Below, piece by piece: positions 37,575-50,100 of a stretch of DNA of 64,000 nt. The stretch is from Macrostomum hystrix. Taxonomy: Eukaryota > Animalia > Platyhelminthes. Position numbers and translations under genes: made by a program. Below the pieces are notes generated by a model that searched no databases, had not been told where the DNA came from, and saw only the letters and a program-made list of their open reading frames with translations. The DNA lies in NCBI GenBank assembly GCA_950097015.1, contig CATNEN010000007.1, forward strand, positions 12,648,001-12,712,000, given 5' to 3'. The number at the start of each line of letters is the position of its first letter. Position 1 is the first letter of the stretch.

Positions 37575-38274
37575 AATATCCATATCCAAACCTAAAATTT
37601 TTCTAAATTTCCAATAATCTCCAAAGCAGTAGCATCTCTTAAATCATGTGTGTTACTATCATATGGATACATGTAACTCAGAGAAATGGAATAATATATA
37701 TAGTTTGTTCTCTTTTCCATAGTATCTAATATACTAAAAATGAAATGGTTGCTTGCTTGCTTGCTTGCTTGTAATTGATTTTCTCCCGAACGGCTCAACC
37801 GATTTTCACCATTTCTTCACCAAAGGATGCTAAATATGGGCAGAATTTTACACGTATTTTTAATAAGCTTAACTTCATTGTTAAGGGGATTAAATATTCG
37901 AAAAACTGTTTTAGATAGGATTTTTAATGCATTGCATCAGAGCCAGTTTTGTCAATGTGCATTCCACTGCCAATTTTAATGATTGCATCAGGGCCAGTTT
38001 TGTTAATAGTGAGTACACTGATAAGAATTTCACTGTGTCAAATGTACATAGCTATGCCAACCCCACTGACGAGACAGTCAGTACGAATTTATAAATAGAT
38101 TACATCACAGCTTTTCTCACCCGTGTGTGTGTGTGTGTGTGTTTGATTTGAATAGGTAAAATGTGCATAGCAGACTTCAATTCAACGATATATTGAGACA
38201 TCTACTCCTTTCTTACTACAACATATAAATCATCAAATCTTTAACAAAATTTCAATCGAGAAAAGTGTCCAACA

Positions 38275-39200
38275 GTTTTTTAAATGTCCAACAGTTTTTT
38301 AAATGTCCTACAGTTTTCTACATGTGTTTACCAGTATTCTAAATGTGTTTACCAGTATTCTAAACGTGTTTACCAGTATTCTAAAAGTGTTTACCAGTTT
38401 TCTACATGTGTTTACCAGTATTCTAAATGTGTTTACCAGTATTCTAAAAGTGTTCACCAGTATTCTAAAAGTGTTTACCAGTATTCTAAATGTGTTTACC
38501 AGTATTCTAAAAGTGTTTACCAGTATTCTAAAAGTGTTTACCAGTATTCTAAAAGTGTTTACCAGTATTCTAAATGTGTTTACCAGTATTCTAAAAGTGT
38601 TTACCAGTATTCTAAAAGTGTTTACCAGTATTCTAAATGTGTTTACCAGTATTTTAAATGTGTTTATCAGTATTCTAAATGTGTTTACCAGTATTCTAAA
38701 TGTGTTTACCAGTATTCTAAATGTGTTTACCAGTATTCTAAATGTGTTTACCAGTATTCTAAAAGTGTTTATCAGTATTCTAAATGTCTTTACCAGTATT
38801 CTAAATGTGTTTACCAGTATTCAAAATGTGTTTACCTGTATTCTAAATGTGTTTACCAGTATTCTAAAAGTGTTTACCAGTTTTCTAAATGTGTTTACCA
38901 GTATTCTAAATGTGTTTACCAGTATTCTAAATGTTTTTACCAGTATTCTAAATGTTTTTAACAGTATTCTAAATGTTTTTAACAGTACTCTAAATGTGTT
39001 TACCAGTATTCTAAATGTGTTTACCAGTATTCTAAATGTTTTAATAGTATTCTAAATGTGTTTACCAGTATTCTAAATGTGTTTACCAGTATTCTAAATG
39101 CTTTTTACCAGTATTCTAAATGTGTTTAACAGTTTTCTAAAACTGGGTCTCGGTATTCTAAATGTGTTTTATAGTTCTCTAAATGTGTCTAAAAGTTTTC
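38275..39200. repeat. 21-bp AT-rich minisatellite
   Basis: Unit tgtttaccagtattctaaatg. Confidence 0.96.
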
Positions 39201-39214
39201 TAAGTGTGGATTAA

Positions 39215-40154
39215 CTGCTGGGGAGGAATTACTGCTCTGCTGCTGGGGGGGAATTACTGCTCTGCTGCTGGGGGGATTACTGCTCTGCTGCTGGGGGGGA
39301 TTTACTGCTCTGCTGCTGGGGGGGAATTACTGCTCTGCTGCTGGGGGGATTACTGCTCTGCTGCTGGGGGGGAATTACTGCTCTGCTGCTGGGGGTGGGG
39401 GGAATTACTGCTCTGCTGCTGGGGGGGGGGAATTACTGCTCTGCTGCTGGGGGGGAATTACTGCTCTGCTGCTGGGGGGGAATTACTGCTCTGCTGCTGG
39501 GGGGATTACTGCTCTGCTGCTGGGGGGAATTACTGCTCTGCTGCTGGGGGGGAATTACTGCTCTGCTGCTGGGGGGAATTACTGCTCTGCTGCTGGGGGG
39601 GAATTACTGCTTTGCTGCTGGGGGTGGGGGGAATTACTGCTCTGCTGCTGGGGGGGGAATTACTGCTCTGCTGCTGGGGGGGGGGGAATTACTGCTCTGC
39701 TGCTGGGGGGGAATTACTGCTCTGCTGCTGGGGGGATTACTGCTCTGCTGCTGGGGGGAATTACTGCTCTGCTGCTGGGGGGGAATTACTGCTCTGCTGC
39801 TGGGGGAATTACTGCTCTGCTGCTGGGGGGGAATTACTGCTTTGCTGCTGGGGGTGGGGGGAATTACTGCTCTGCTGCTGGGGGGGGGAATTACTGCTCT
39901 GCTGCTGGGGGGGAATTACTGCTCTGCTGCTGGGGGGGAATTACTGCTCTGCTGCTGGGGGGATTACTGCTCTGCTGCTGGGGGGAATTACTGCTATGCT
40001 GCTGGGGGGGAATTACTGCTCTGCTGCTGGGGGGAATTACTGCTCTGCTGCTGGGGGGAATTACTGCTCTGCTGCTGGGGGGGATTACTGCTCTGCTGCT
40101 GGGGGGGGAATTACTGCTCTGCTGCTGGGGGGAATTACTTCTCAGCAGCTGGGG
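39215..40154. repeat. ~24-bp G-tract minisatellite
   Basis: Unit aattactgctctgctgct followed by G5-G10. Confidence 0.96.
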
Positions 40155-40192
40155 AGACACTGGTTTTTTACTGCTGAGGGGATAGTTTTCAC

Positions 40193-42483
40193 ATGTACTT
40201 AAGTAGCATTAAGCTGAGTTGTATCAAACGTAAGTTACTTGTGTAATTTTGCCCCGATGGGGCTCTTGGTGTACAGACTGAATGTGTCAGACAGACTATT
40301 TTTGTATTTAGTGAGAATTCAAATTTTCGTCGAATTGCAATCACATACGAGTGTATATTTGCAATCAGGGAAATTAATACTGACGACATGAGTTTTCATT
40401 TTTGTTTCCTTTCAGGTGTATTTTGTCCTTCTGCATTACACAATATTTTTGTTTGAACAGTAGTGCCCCCCAAAGGGGGGCTTAGTGTGCTAGTTATTTG
40501 CTAAACACAATCTTCATTATAATATATTTTATGAACCATTGATTAAAAGAGAACTTAATTTTTGTCTTTCATATTTATATTTATCTAGAAAGTGGAAGCC
40601 AAAAGACCAATGTGTATTGGAATTGCAAAGCCAGGGAGACTGTAGCCAACAAGAATTCAAGCATTTCTTGGGATACAACAGGTTTGGTATGAAATCCCCA
40701 TCCCATAAGATCCAAATAGCAATATTTAGCGATATCCATAGCTATGGCAGAACTGTAACTAGAAGGTTGAGTGGTGTTGAGTATGGCTTTACTAGCACTT
40801 GCTAGTCAAGTGCAGTCTGGTTGCTGAAATACAGTAAATATTTTTGTGCTAGAAAGTTTAAATATAACATAATAGCTCGTTGGCTAGATTATTAGATCAG
40901 CACTTAACAGTAAAACTACCAGCTAAGAGAAGTCCCACCTTGGTATAAAAACAGGATGCGAAATGGCTTGGTAGTCCTACTGTTAACAATGAAATTAAGT
41001 ATATTCTTTTTTGTAGGTATTAAAAATGACAAATGTATATGATTAGTTGTCATTGTTATTTAGTAAAAATATCACAGAGATGTATTGCTTAAACTATAAA
41101 TTTTTTTTTTGTGATTTAAAAGAAAAAATACTTGTGCATTCGTGTGAAGGACTTCAAGTATATTATACTATGCACAGTTTGTATGTTAAGATTGGACAAG
41201 GTTTCTGTAAAGTGTGTAGCATCTTAGATAGTTTACTTAGAATTGCTCCAATCAATGATACAGAGAAGGTCAATCAGCTCATCATCGCAACATTATGTAT
41301 CCATCGCAAGTGGGTTTTCACTGATTGATGCGAAATGACTATAAATGAGACAAGCATTAAAAGCATGACAAAAATTAACTTAATCACATACTGACCAACC
41401 TTATATTATGGTACATACATTATGGTACGAATATTCTCTAATAGTATTTTTGTCTATACATGTTCCTAGTCTTACAAAATTAGTTAGTTTTAGTAGCAAT
41501 AAATGCAGCTTTTCTTTTTCTAGAGGTCCTTTGGCTATTTGGTTGTCTAATTTTTAATCTTTGTACAATTATTTGTCAAAAAAGAAAATAACGGGATTCT
41601 CTTTGAATTTAGGTCTTACGAATCAAGTCAGGCGAGGCCTTTGCACCGAGAAGAAAGTCCGTAAGTTTATTTTCAATTTAGTTGTTTACCCTTTGTAAAC
41701 TTTTTAGTAGTTCAGGAACTAAATCCTATTTTACTACTCTGGGCTGACTGCAAAACCTGCAGGTGGTGAAAAGTTACCCTAGTTATTCTCCCGTCCGCTC
41801 AATTCGCAGCCACTGTCCGCTATTCGGATCCGAGCTTGCGCGAGCCGCTGAAAGTGTTCGGTAAATACGTCGGCGAGTGCATGCCCAAGTTTGTTCAGGC
41901 GGCCGACGTGACCAGCTTCGATGAGCTGGAGATCCTTGTCCACCCTGAGGGCGTCGTGCCTGTGCTGTCGTTCCTCAAGGACCACCACGCCGGCCAGTTC
42001 CTCAACCTGAGCGACATCTGCGCCGTGGATGTGCCCAGCCGGCAGTACCGCTTCGAGGTGGTGTACAATCTGCTCTCACTGCGCTACAACTGCCGGGTGC
42101 GCGTCAAGACCTACACTGACGAGCTCACCCCGCTGGAGTCCAGCTGCTCCGTGTTCCACGGCGCCAACTGGTACGAGCGCGAGATATGGGACATGTTCGG
42201 CGTGTACTTCACCAATCACCCCGACCTGCGGCGCATTCTCACCGACTACGGCTTCCAGGGCCACCCGTTCCGCAAGGACTTCCCGCTGGTTGGCTACAAT
42301 GAGTACCGCTACGATGACGAACAGAAGCGGGTGGTGATCGAGCCTGTGGAACTGGCACAGGACTTCCGCAAGTTCGAATACTCCACGCCCTGGGAGGTAT
42401 TCCCCAACTACCGGGACTCGGACAAGAATGTGCGCAAGGAGGGCGGCGGTGGCGGCGCCAGTGACGGCGCTGCTCCGAAGTGA
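40193..42483 (+). CDS. NDUFS3: NADH:ubiquinone oxidoreductase core subunit S3 (complex I 30 kDa), ~252 aa
   Basis: Main exon 41810-42483 (PTVR...FGKYV...[28 protein letters not shown]...[42 protein letters not shown]), exon 41613-41660, and a less certain first exon 40193-40229 giving a basic, targeting-peptide-like N-terminus [27 protein letters not shown]. Confidence 0.95.
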
Positions 42484-43118
42484 CCGCCCGGGTGACGACT
42501 TTGAAATGATTCAAGCGAAACTTTTTCGTTAAGGTCTTTTGAAGCTGTTTAGGCTAAGTGGGGTGGGACTGACTGTTTATTTAGATGTGTATAGTTTTAG
42601 AAACGCTACCGTATTTTTTCCCGTTCTCCTCAGTAGACGCTAAGTTTGTGTTCGTTCTTCGCCTAAGTTTGCAGTCGGCTCAAGCTAGAGCGGGGGACAT
42701 CCTACTCGATGTAGAAATTCATAGATTTGCCACTCGTCAAATCTACTGTTAGTAGTTAATGGTAATCTGGTTTAGTAAATTGGCTAAGAAAACAATGGCG
42801 CTCTGTTGCGCACGGATCGGAACTTATCCGTATATAGCGCTATGTTTGTCTCATTGCTTAAATGCTTTCACTGAATGATATAGCTATATAAATACAATCT
42901 AGACGCAGACAAACCGCAGACTCTCAGAAGTCATAGTTATACGCCTGCATTCTCCTCACTTGCTTTATTTTACTTTTGTCTTTGCTAAGCCTGTGTTCTG
43001 CTCACGGCAGATGGGTTGGGCGCATTGTGTACAGCTTCGGGTTTCGCATTCAAAACATTGGGAGTTTGATCCTGTTTCCTCTCCAACTCCAGCCACCGGC
43101 CCCACAAACTGCTGACCC

Positions 43119-43298
43119 ATGAAAAGTAGCGAAGCTGTCGATTGCGTCCACCTGACCATGATGGTCAGCGAGAGGCTCCACTTTATTGACGACTTCTGGA
43201 ATATATCGGCCATTTTCCTGCTTGGTCCGCTGATCTTCTTGCTTTTGTTCTCCACGGCAGCGCTGTTCGTGACTAGCTACCAGAGGCGGAGTCACTGA
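43119..43298 (+). CDS. Putative 59-aa single-pass membrane microprotein
   Basis: MKSSEAVDCVHLTMMVSERLHFIDDFWNISAIFLLGPLIFLLLFSTAALFVTSYQRRSH*; ~24-aa hydrophobic stretch followed by a basic tail; pyrimidine-rich CAG acceptor at 43090-43092; alternative start at 43158. Confidence 0.5.
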   Translation: MKSSEAVDCVHLTMMVSERLHFIDDFWNISAIFLLGPLIFLLLFSTAALFVTSYQRRSH

Positions 43299-43749
43299 GT
43301 GTTCTCGGCTGCTGCGGCAAGTCGGGCTGTTGCTTGGAACAGGACGAATCTGCATTTACACCTTGGCCTGCGCCTGTCTTTTTAGTTAGGAATGAAAACT
43401 TTTTTTCATCGAGCCTCTTTTGATTTTCTTACTTCTAAAACCAGCATTTTAATCTTGCATTGTTTCATTTTTTAGTGTTTTTACTGTTTTACTAGACAGT
43501 TTCAAAGATAACATTATCTCTTGAACTTGCACTGCATTTGAACATTGATTTATTGCCCAAATTTAATTATCGTATGAAAAATTGTGTTTTGTGTTTCAAA
43601 AAAATGTTTCTCAAAAAACTTTTTTGTTGTCACTCGATTTTCATGTTTCATGCCTGTTAATCAGCTTTGTTTGATTCTTTCTTCGTCTTGGAGCTTTCAT
43701 TTTCTGTATTTCGAATTTGAATAATACTAAGATTTAGGTCAGCCTAAAT

Positions 43750-44188
43750 CTGGCTCATAGATTGCAGCTAGGATAAGCAACTGGCTCCTAGATTGCAGCC
43801 AGGATAGGCAACAGGCTCCTAGACTGCAGCCAGGATAGGCAACAGGCTCCTAGATTGCAGCCAGGATAGGTAATTCGCTCCTAGATTGCAGCTAGGAAAG
43901 GGAACTGGCTCCTAGATTGCAGCTAGGATAGGCAACAGGCTCCTAGACTGCAGCCAGGATAGGTAATTCGCTCCTAGATTGCAGCTAGGATAGGCAACTG
44001 GCTCCTAGATTGCAGCCAGGATAGGCAACAGGCTCCTAGATTGCAGCTAGGATAGGCAACTGGCCCCTAGATTGCAGCTAGGATAGGCAACTGGCCCCTA
44101 GATTGCAGCTAGGATAGGCAACAGGCTCCTAGATTGCAGCTAGGATAGGCAACTGGCCCCTAGATTGCAGCTAGGATAGGCAACTGGC
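43750..44188. repeat. 32-bp minisatellite upstream of MED18
   Basis: Unit ggctcctagattgcagctaggataggcaact/a. Confidence 0.95.
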
Positions 44189-44275
44189 TGATAAATCGAT
44201 ACTATAAATGCTGCAGCTTATCTCCAGCAAAGTCGACAGCTCATTTTGAGTCTTCGATCCTGTTTTCTATTAGAC

Positions 44276-44884
44276 ATGCAGCAGCAGCAGCAGTCTGCGG
44301 ATCTGCGCCAGCGGGTGCCCAACACTGAGGTGTACCTGCAGGGCAGCGTGCTCAATCCGTTCCGCGACTACCTGCTGACCCGCCTCCGAGGCATCTGCGA
44401 CTCGGCCGGTGACGAGTTCAAAGACCAGGAGTCCGTCTACGCCTGCGCCCTGCCCGGCCAGAGCGTCACCCGCCTGCGCCTGCGCTGGAGCCTCCTACAT
44501 ACGCAGACGCCAGCCTACCTGCGCTACCTGGGAATTCCCGAGTCGGCCGACCAACGCGTCATGTCCCGCGCCGCCTACGAGGTGCCCGTGTGGCCTGTTG
44601 AGTCGGCCAGGCAGCTGTTGGAGGCCATGGGTTTCCAGCACGAGTTCGACCTTATCGCCGAGGGCAACATTTTCCGCCGCGGCCTGCTGAAGGTCACCGT
44701 CTATCGCGTGTACCGTCCAGGCGCTCCCAACCCGATAGCGCCCGAGTCCAGCCTGGTAGAGGTGTCAGGGCTGGGCTCGGCGTCCCTAACTACCGGCCTG
44801 GTGGAGTCTGTGCTGGCCATGCGGGACCAGCTTAAGTCTCTCATTGTGCTGAGCAAGTACGATCAGAAGGCACCTAAGTCCTAG
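44276..44884 (+). CDS. MED18: Mediator complex subunit 18 (intronless CDS, 202 aa)
   Basis: EVYLQGSVL...LLTRLRGICD...LRYLG.PE...LLEAMGFQHEFDLIAEGNIFRRGLLKVTVY...LVEVS...DQLKSLIVLSKYD matches MED18; ATG 44276 follows a TAG acceptor (44271-44273). Confidence 0.93.
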   Translation: MQQQQQSADLRQRVPNTEVYLQGSVLNPFRDYLLTRLRGICDSAGDEFKDQESVYACALPGQSVTRLRLRWSLLHTQTPAYLRYLGIPESADQRVMSRAAYEVPVWPVESARQLLEAMGFQHEFDLIAEGNIFRRGLLKVTVYRVYRPGAPNPIAPESSLVEVSGLGSASLTTGLVESVLAMRDQLKSLIVLSKYDQKAPKS

Positions 44885-45154
44885 TGCTGAAACTTGAGCC
44901 AGCGATCAGGCAGCCGTTTGTTGTTCCAGTGAAAGTAGCGCATATTGGATTGTAGCATTTATGCTGCCGCACTTACCAAGCCTCTCACCTATTAGACCTC
45001 AAGCACATGCCATTGTACATACAGCTATGCGACTGTCAAGTTGCTGTCCTCACTTGTAAAAAATTTCTGCACTACATTGAATTAGTACTAATTGTCTTTC
45101 AGGTGTCTTGCCTTATTTCTTTAAGTCTTCTATCGACCACACGTCCTTTGGTCT

Positions 45155-47022
45155 GGACAGCCAGCCCAAGCAGTAATTAGGCAGCTATTGCATAGTATTC
45201 AGGACATCTAGCCTAAGCAGTAATTAGGCAACTATTGCATAGTATTCAGAACATCTAGCCTAAGCAGTAATTAGGCAACTATTGCATAGTATTCAGGACA
45301 GCCAGTAATTAGGCAGCTATTGCATAGTATTCAGGACAGCCAGTAATTAGGCAGCTATTGCATAGTATTCAGGACATCTAGCCTAAGCAGTAATTAGGCA
45401 GCTATTGCATAGTATTCAGGACAGCCAGTAATTAGGTAGCTATTGCATAGTATTCAGGACAGCCAGCCCAAGCAGTAATTAGGCAGCTATTGCATAGTAT
45501 TCAGGACAGCCAGTAATTAGGTAGCTATTGCATAGTATTCAGGACAGCCAGCCCAAGCAGTAATTAGGCAGCTATTGCATAGTATTCAGGACAGCCAGCC
45601 CAAGCAGTAATTAGGCAGCTATTGCATAGTATTCAGGACAGCCAGTCCAAGCAGTAATTAGGCAGCTATTGCATAGTATTCAGGACAGCCAGCCCAAGCA
45701 GTAATTAGGCAGCTATTGCATAGTATTCAGGACATCTAGCCTAAGCAGTAATTAGGCAACTATTGCATAGTATTCAGGACATCTAGCCTAAGCAGTAATT
45801 AGGCAGCTATTGCATAGTATTCAGGACAGCCAGTAATTAGGCAGCTATTGCATAGTATTCAGGACAGCCAGTAATTAGGCAGCTATTGCATAGTATTCAG
45901 GACATCTAGCCTAAGCAGTAATTAGGCAACTATTGCATAGTATTCAGGACATCTAGCCTAAGCAGTAATTAGGCAGCTATTGCATAGTATTCAGGACATC
46001 TAGCCTAAGCAGTAATTAGGCAACTATTGCATAGTATTCAGGACATCTAGCCTAAGCAGTAATTAGGCAGCTATTGCATAGTATTCAGGACATCTAGCCT
46101 AAGCAGTAATTAGGCAACTATTGCATAGTATTCAGAACATCTAGCCTAAGCAGTAATTAGGCAACTATTGCATAGTATTCAGAACATCTAGCCTAAGCAG
46201 TAATTAGGCGGCTATTGCATAGTATTCAGGACAGCCAGTCCAAGCAGTAATTAGGCAGCTATTGCATAGTATTCAGGACAGCCAGTCCAAGCCGTAATTA
46301 GGCAGCTATTGCATAGTATTCAGGACAGCCAGTCCAAGCCGTAATTAGGCAGCTATTGCATAGTATTCAGGACAGCCAGCCTAAGCCGTAATTAGGCAGC
46401 TATTGCATAGTATTCAGAACATCTAGCCTAAGCAGTAATTAGGCAACTATTGCCTAGTATTCAGGACAGCCAGTAATTAGGCAACTATTGCCTAGTATTC
46501 AGGACAGCCAGCCCAAGCAGTAATTAGGCAGCTATTGCATAGTATTCAGGACAGCCAGCCCAAGCAGTAATTAGGCAGCTATTGCATAGTATTCAGGACA
46601 GCCAGCCCAAGCAGTAATTAGGCAGCTATTGCATAGTATTCAGGACAGCCAGCCCAAGCAGTAATTAGGCAGCTATTGCATAGTATTCAGGACAGCCAGC
46701 CCAAGCAGTAATTAGGCAGCTATTGCATAGTATTCAGGACAGCCAGCCCAAGCAGTAATTAGGCAGCTATTGCATAGTATTCAGGACAGCCAGTCCAAGC
46801 AGTAATTAGGCAGCTATTGCATAGTATTCAGGACAGCCAGCCCAAGCAGTAATTAGGCAGCTATTGCATAGTATTCAGGACAGCCAGCCCAAGCAGTAAT
46901 TAGGCAGCTATTGCATAGTATTCAGGACATCTAGCCTAAGCCGTAATTAGGCAGCTATTGCATAGTATTCAGGACAGCCAGCCCAAGCAGTAATTAGGCA
47001 GCTATTGCATAGTATTCAGGAC
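45155..47022. repeat. 49-bp (41-bp variant) tandem repeat between MED18 and the Tudor gene
   Basis: Unit ggacagccagcccaagcagtaattaggcagctattgcatagtattca with catctagcctaa variants. Confidence 0.96.
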
Positions 47023-47124
47023 TAGGGATTCGCTGGGGATTCTGTTCACCGCGAAAGACACTTCAGCCAATTCAGCAGTTCGGGTCTGCATTCATTCGCG
47101 CGCCCATCCTGTCATTGCAGCTTA

Positions 47125-50100
47125 ATGAGCGGTCTGCAAAAGAAGCAGAAGAATCTGAGACGCATCGAAGAAATGCGGTGTGAGCTGCACCGCCAGCTGC
47201 AGGACTTGCGCGACAAAATCGATGCCGCCAAACAGCTGGTCAACTGCAGAGTGGAACGGGTACTAATTCGCGAGGCCGCATTGGACTACAAAAGCTCCAG
47301 CCGCGTGATGAATCTTTTGAGGGATCTTTCCCAACTGCAGCTCACCCTGGAGAGCTTGTGCGAAAGCAGCTGTAGCGAAGACGAGGTCGAGGAAGCGGCG
47401 GAAGAAGCGCACAGCAGTCGACGTTCTCCTTCGCTGGAAGCTGACGGAGAGGAGATAAGAGCGGGAGCCGAGGCGGAGCGAATAGCTAAGGCCGAGACAG
47501 AGATGATAGCCAAGGCTGAGGCTCAAGATAAAGCGAATATTCAAGCAGCAATAAAGGCTCAACTTTTAGCTGGAACTGAAGCCAATGCCAAAGCCGAGGC
47601 AGCGATCAAAGCTAAAGCGATTGCAGACGCTAAGGCTAAATTGGAAGCAGAAGCTAAGGCTAAAGCAGAAGCTAAGGCTAAAGCAGTAGCTAAGGCTAAA
47701 TTGGAAGCAGAAGCTAAGGCTAAAGCAGAAGCTAAGGCTAAAGCAGAAGCGGAGGCTAAGGCTAAAGCAGAAGCTAAGGCTAAAGCAGAAGCGGAGGCTA
47801 AGGCTAAAGTGGAAGCTAAGGCTAAAGCAGAAGCGGAGGCTAAGGCTAAAACAGAAGCTGAGGCTAAGGCTAAAGCAGAAGCGGAAGCCAAGGCTATAGC
47901 TGAAGCTAAGGCTAAAGCAGAAGCTAAGGCTAAAGCAGAAGCGGAGGCTAAGGCTATAGCTGAAGCTAAGGCTAAAGCAGAAGCGGAAGCCAAGGCTATA
48001 GCTGAAGCTAAGGCTAAAGCAGAAGCTAAGGCTAAAGCAGAAGCGGAGGCTAAGGCTATAGCTGAAGCTAAGGCTAAAGCAGAAGCGGAAGCCAAGGCTA
48101 TAGCTGAAGCGGAGGCTAAGGCTAAACACGAGGCTGAGAGAAGAGCAAGTGCGCAGGCAGAAGCGAAAGCGAACATCGATGCTGAGATATCCCAGCTGCC
48201 CTCAGCGGCAGATCAATGGCATGAAGTCGCTCCGAGCCCGGCGGTTCGGGAGTTTCAGGCTGCACCGCACAGCCACCAATCGCTTGCAGTTGTGTTTTTG
48301 TTCAGCCCCATCTGCTTCTCCCTGGCTAACAAGCGCTCGGGTGAGATGGAAGAGCGCCTGACTCTCTTCTATCAGCATGCTCCTCGCACTCTGTACAAGT
48401 TCATGGAGCCGCCCCAGCCTGGGACCATGGTCGCCTGTCCCTATCCGTGCAAAGCGCATGGCGTCATGCACCGCGCTAGGGTGCTGTCCGTCCACGATGA
48501 CGAGGACCTGCTGGAGGTTTACTTCATCGACTACGGCAACTTCAGCTCCTGCAAGGCTGGCCTGGTTCGCCGCCTCGACCCAACCTTTGCGCAGCTCCTG
48601 CCCACCCAGGGCGCCCCCTGCCTGCTTTTGGGCCTCCTGCCGCCCAACCAGCGGGCCAGCAGCTTCGAGGACTGGGATGTCACAGCCGAGGCTACGCAGC
48701 AGGCAAAGAGCTTGGTGGAGGAGTTCATCGGAGAGGTCATTGAGGCCGCATTCGAGGACCCGCTGGAGGGCAGCCGAGTCCAGCTGATCAGCCCACCAGA
48801 CTCTCTGCGCAGGTTCCTGGTGGAGAGGTGCAAGGCGCGACCGGCCACAGCGCAGCAGACCCGAGACTTCTTCGGCCCGCTGCTGCCCGACTATTGGAAG
48901 CTGGACGGTTCCGAGCTAGGGTGAGTTTCGTTTGATTGCAAGTTTAAGTTTTACTCAAAATGTTTTGGCGGATTTAGTAAAATTCAATGGAGTTCTATTG
49001 TAACGACTGGGCCTGAGACCTTGATCCTTTCCGCGTCTGCTCGCAATCTTATTTCCCAATCTTATTTGTTCCCTGTTTAATTCCGCCCGCTGGCGCAAAA
49101 ACATTTCCACAGAGCCATGCCGCTGATGCCGCCGCATCACCAGTTGTCTAGCGACATCTTCGACGAAAACGCGCAGCCCGAGCTGCCCGGCCCTGACGCT
49201 TTCGCTGACTCGGGCGACTCTGACGAAAACATGCAGGACGCGGCTGGCCACGTCGAGCCCGAAGACTCCCTGCAGCCGCCGTTCCGGATCGAGGAGTTCA
49301 TGCCGCAGCAACCGCGGGCTCGCGTCCTGCCTGAGCTGATAGCACTGCGGTCACTGCCGCCAATGATACTTGACCTGGCAATTAGCGGCGAGCCTCTGGA
49401 ATTCTTCATCACCGAGGCCAACGGTCCGGGTTGCTTCAGCGCCTTCAGGGCTGTGCAGCAGATTGGCCAGCTGTATGACTGGCAGCGAGCCGAGCTGCAC
49501 AAGTGGTACTCCAAGCACGAGGACGGCATGCTGCTGCGCTTTCTTTCGAGCAGGGTGGCTCCCGGCGCCGCAGGCGATGTCGAGGACGGCGAGGGCGAAG
49601 GCGCGGCCGGCACCGAAGATGACGACGAGGAGGAGGACAGCGAGCGGATCTTTTGCGCCCGCCTGCCTGACGGCACTGGCTACGAGCGGGTGGTGCGGCT
49701 TCCGGCAGACAGCGAGTCGGCCTCGAAGGTAGGCGGTGCAGTCCGCGTGGTCGCCTTCGACCTTGGCGAGACGCTGCAGTTGCCACCAGACAGCCTGCTG
49801 CCCCTGATCTCAGACTTTTGCCGCCTGCCTCCGCTCACAACCCGATTCGCATACGCGGGCCTCTGTCCGGCTCCGGAGCAGTTCCTGCCGGCTCTGCGAC
49901 GCCTGTGCGGTATGCCGGAGGACTCGAACTCGCTGCTGCGTGTGCGGCTGCGCCTGTGGAGCTCGGCCGGAGCCAGTTGCGAGGTTGGTAGAGTGTGCTC
50001 ATGTCTCTCTGATCAAATACTTGCGCTTATCCCATTGGTTGGTGGATTCTCAAATATGGCTTTCATTGCATTCGCAGGTTGAGGAGCTGCGCGAGCCGAT

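Larger units (their letters stand above)
34330..41700. promoter_or_regulatory. AT-rich island containing the divergent 5' ends of TMEM107 and NDUFS3 (likely promoter region(s))
   Basis: Sharp compositional drop relative to flanks; head-to-head gene orientation. TSSs not located. Confidence 0.5.

Noticed and set aside
2957-47022. CRISPR-like palindromic repeat arrays (68-, 32-, 49-bp units)
   Set aside because: Units are head-to-tail with no unique spacers, there are no cas genes, and the context is an intron-containing eukaryotic genome.
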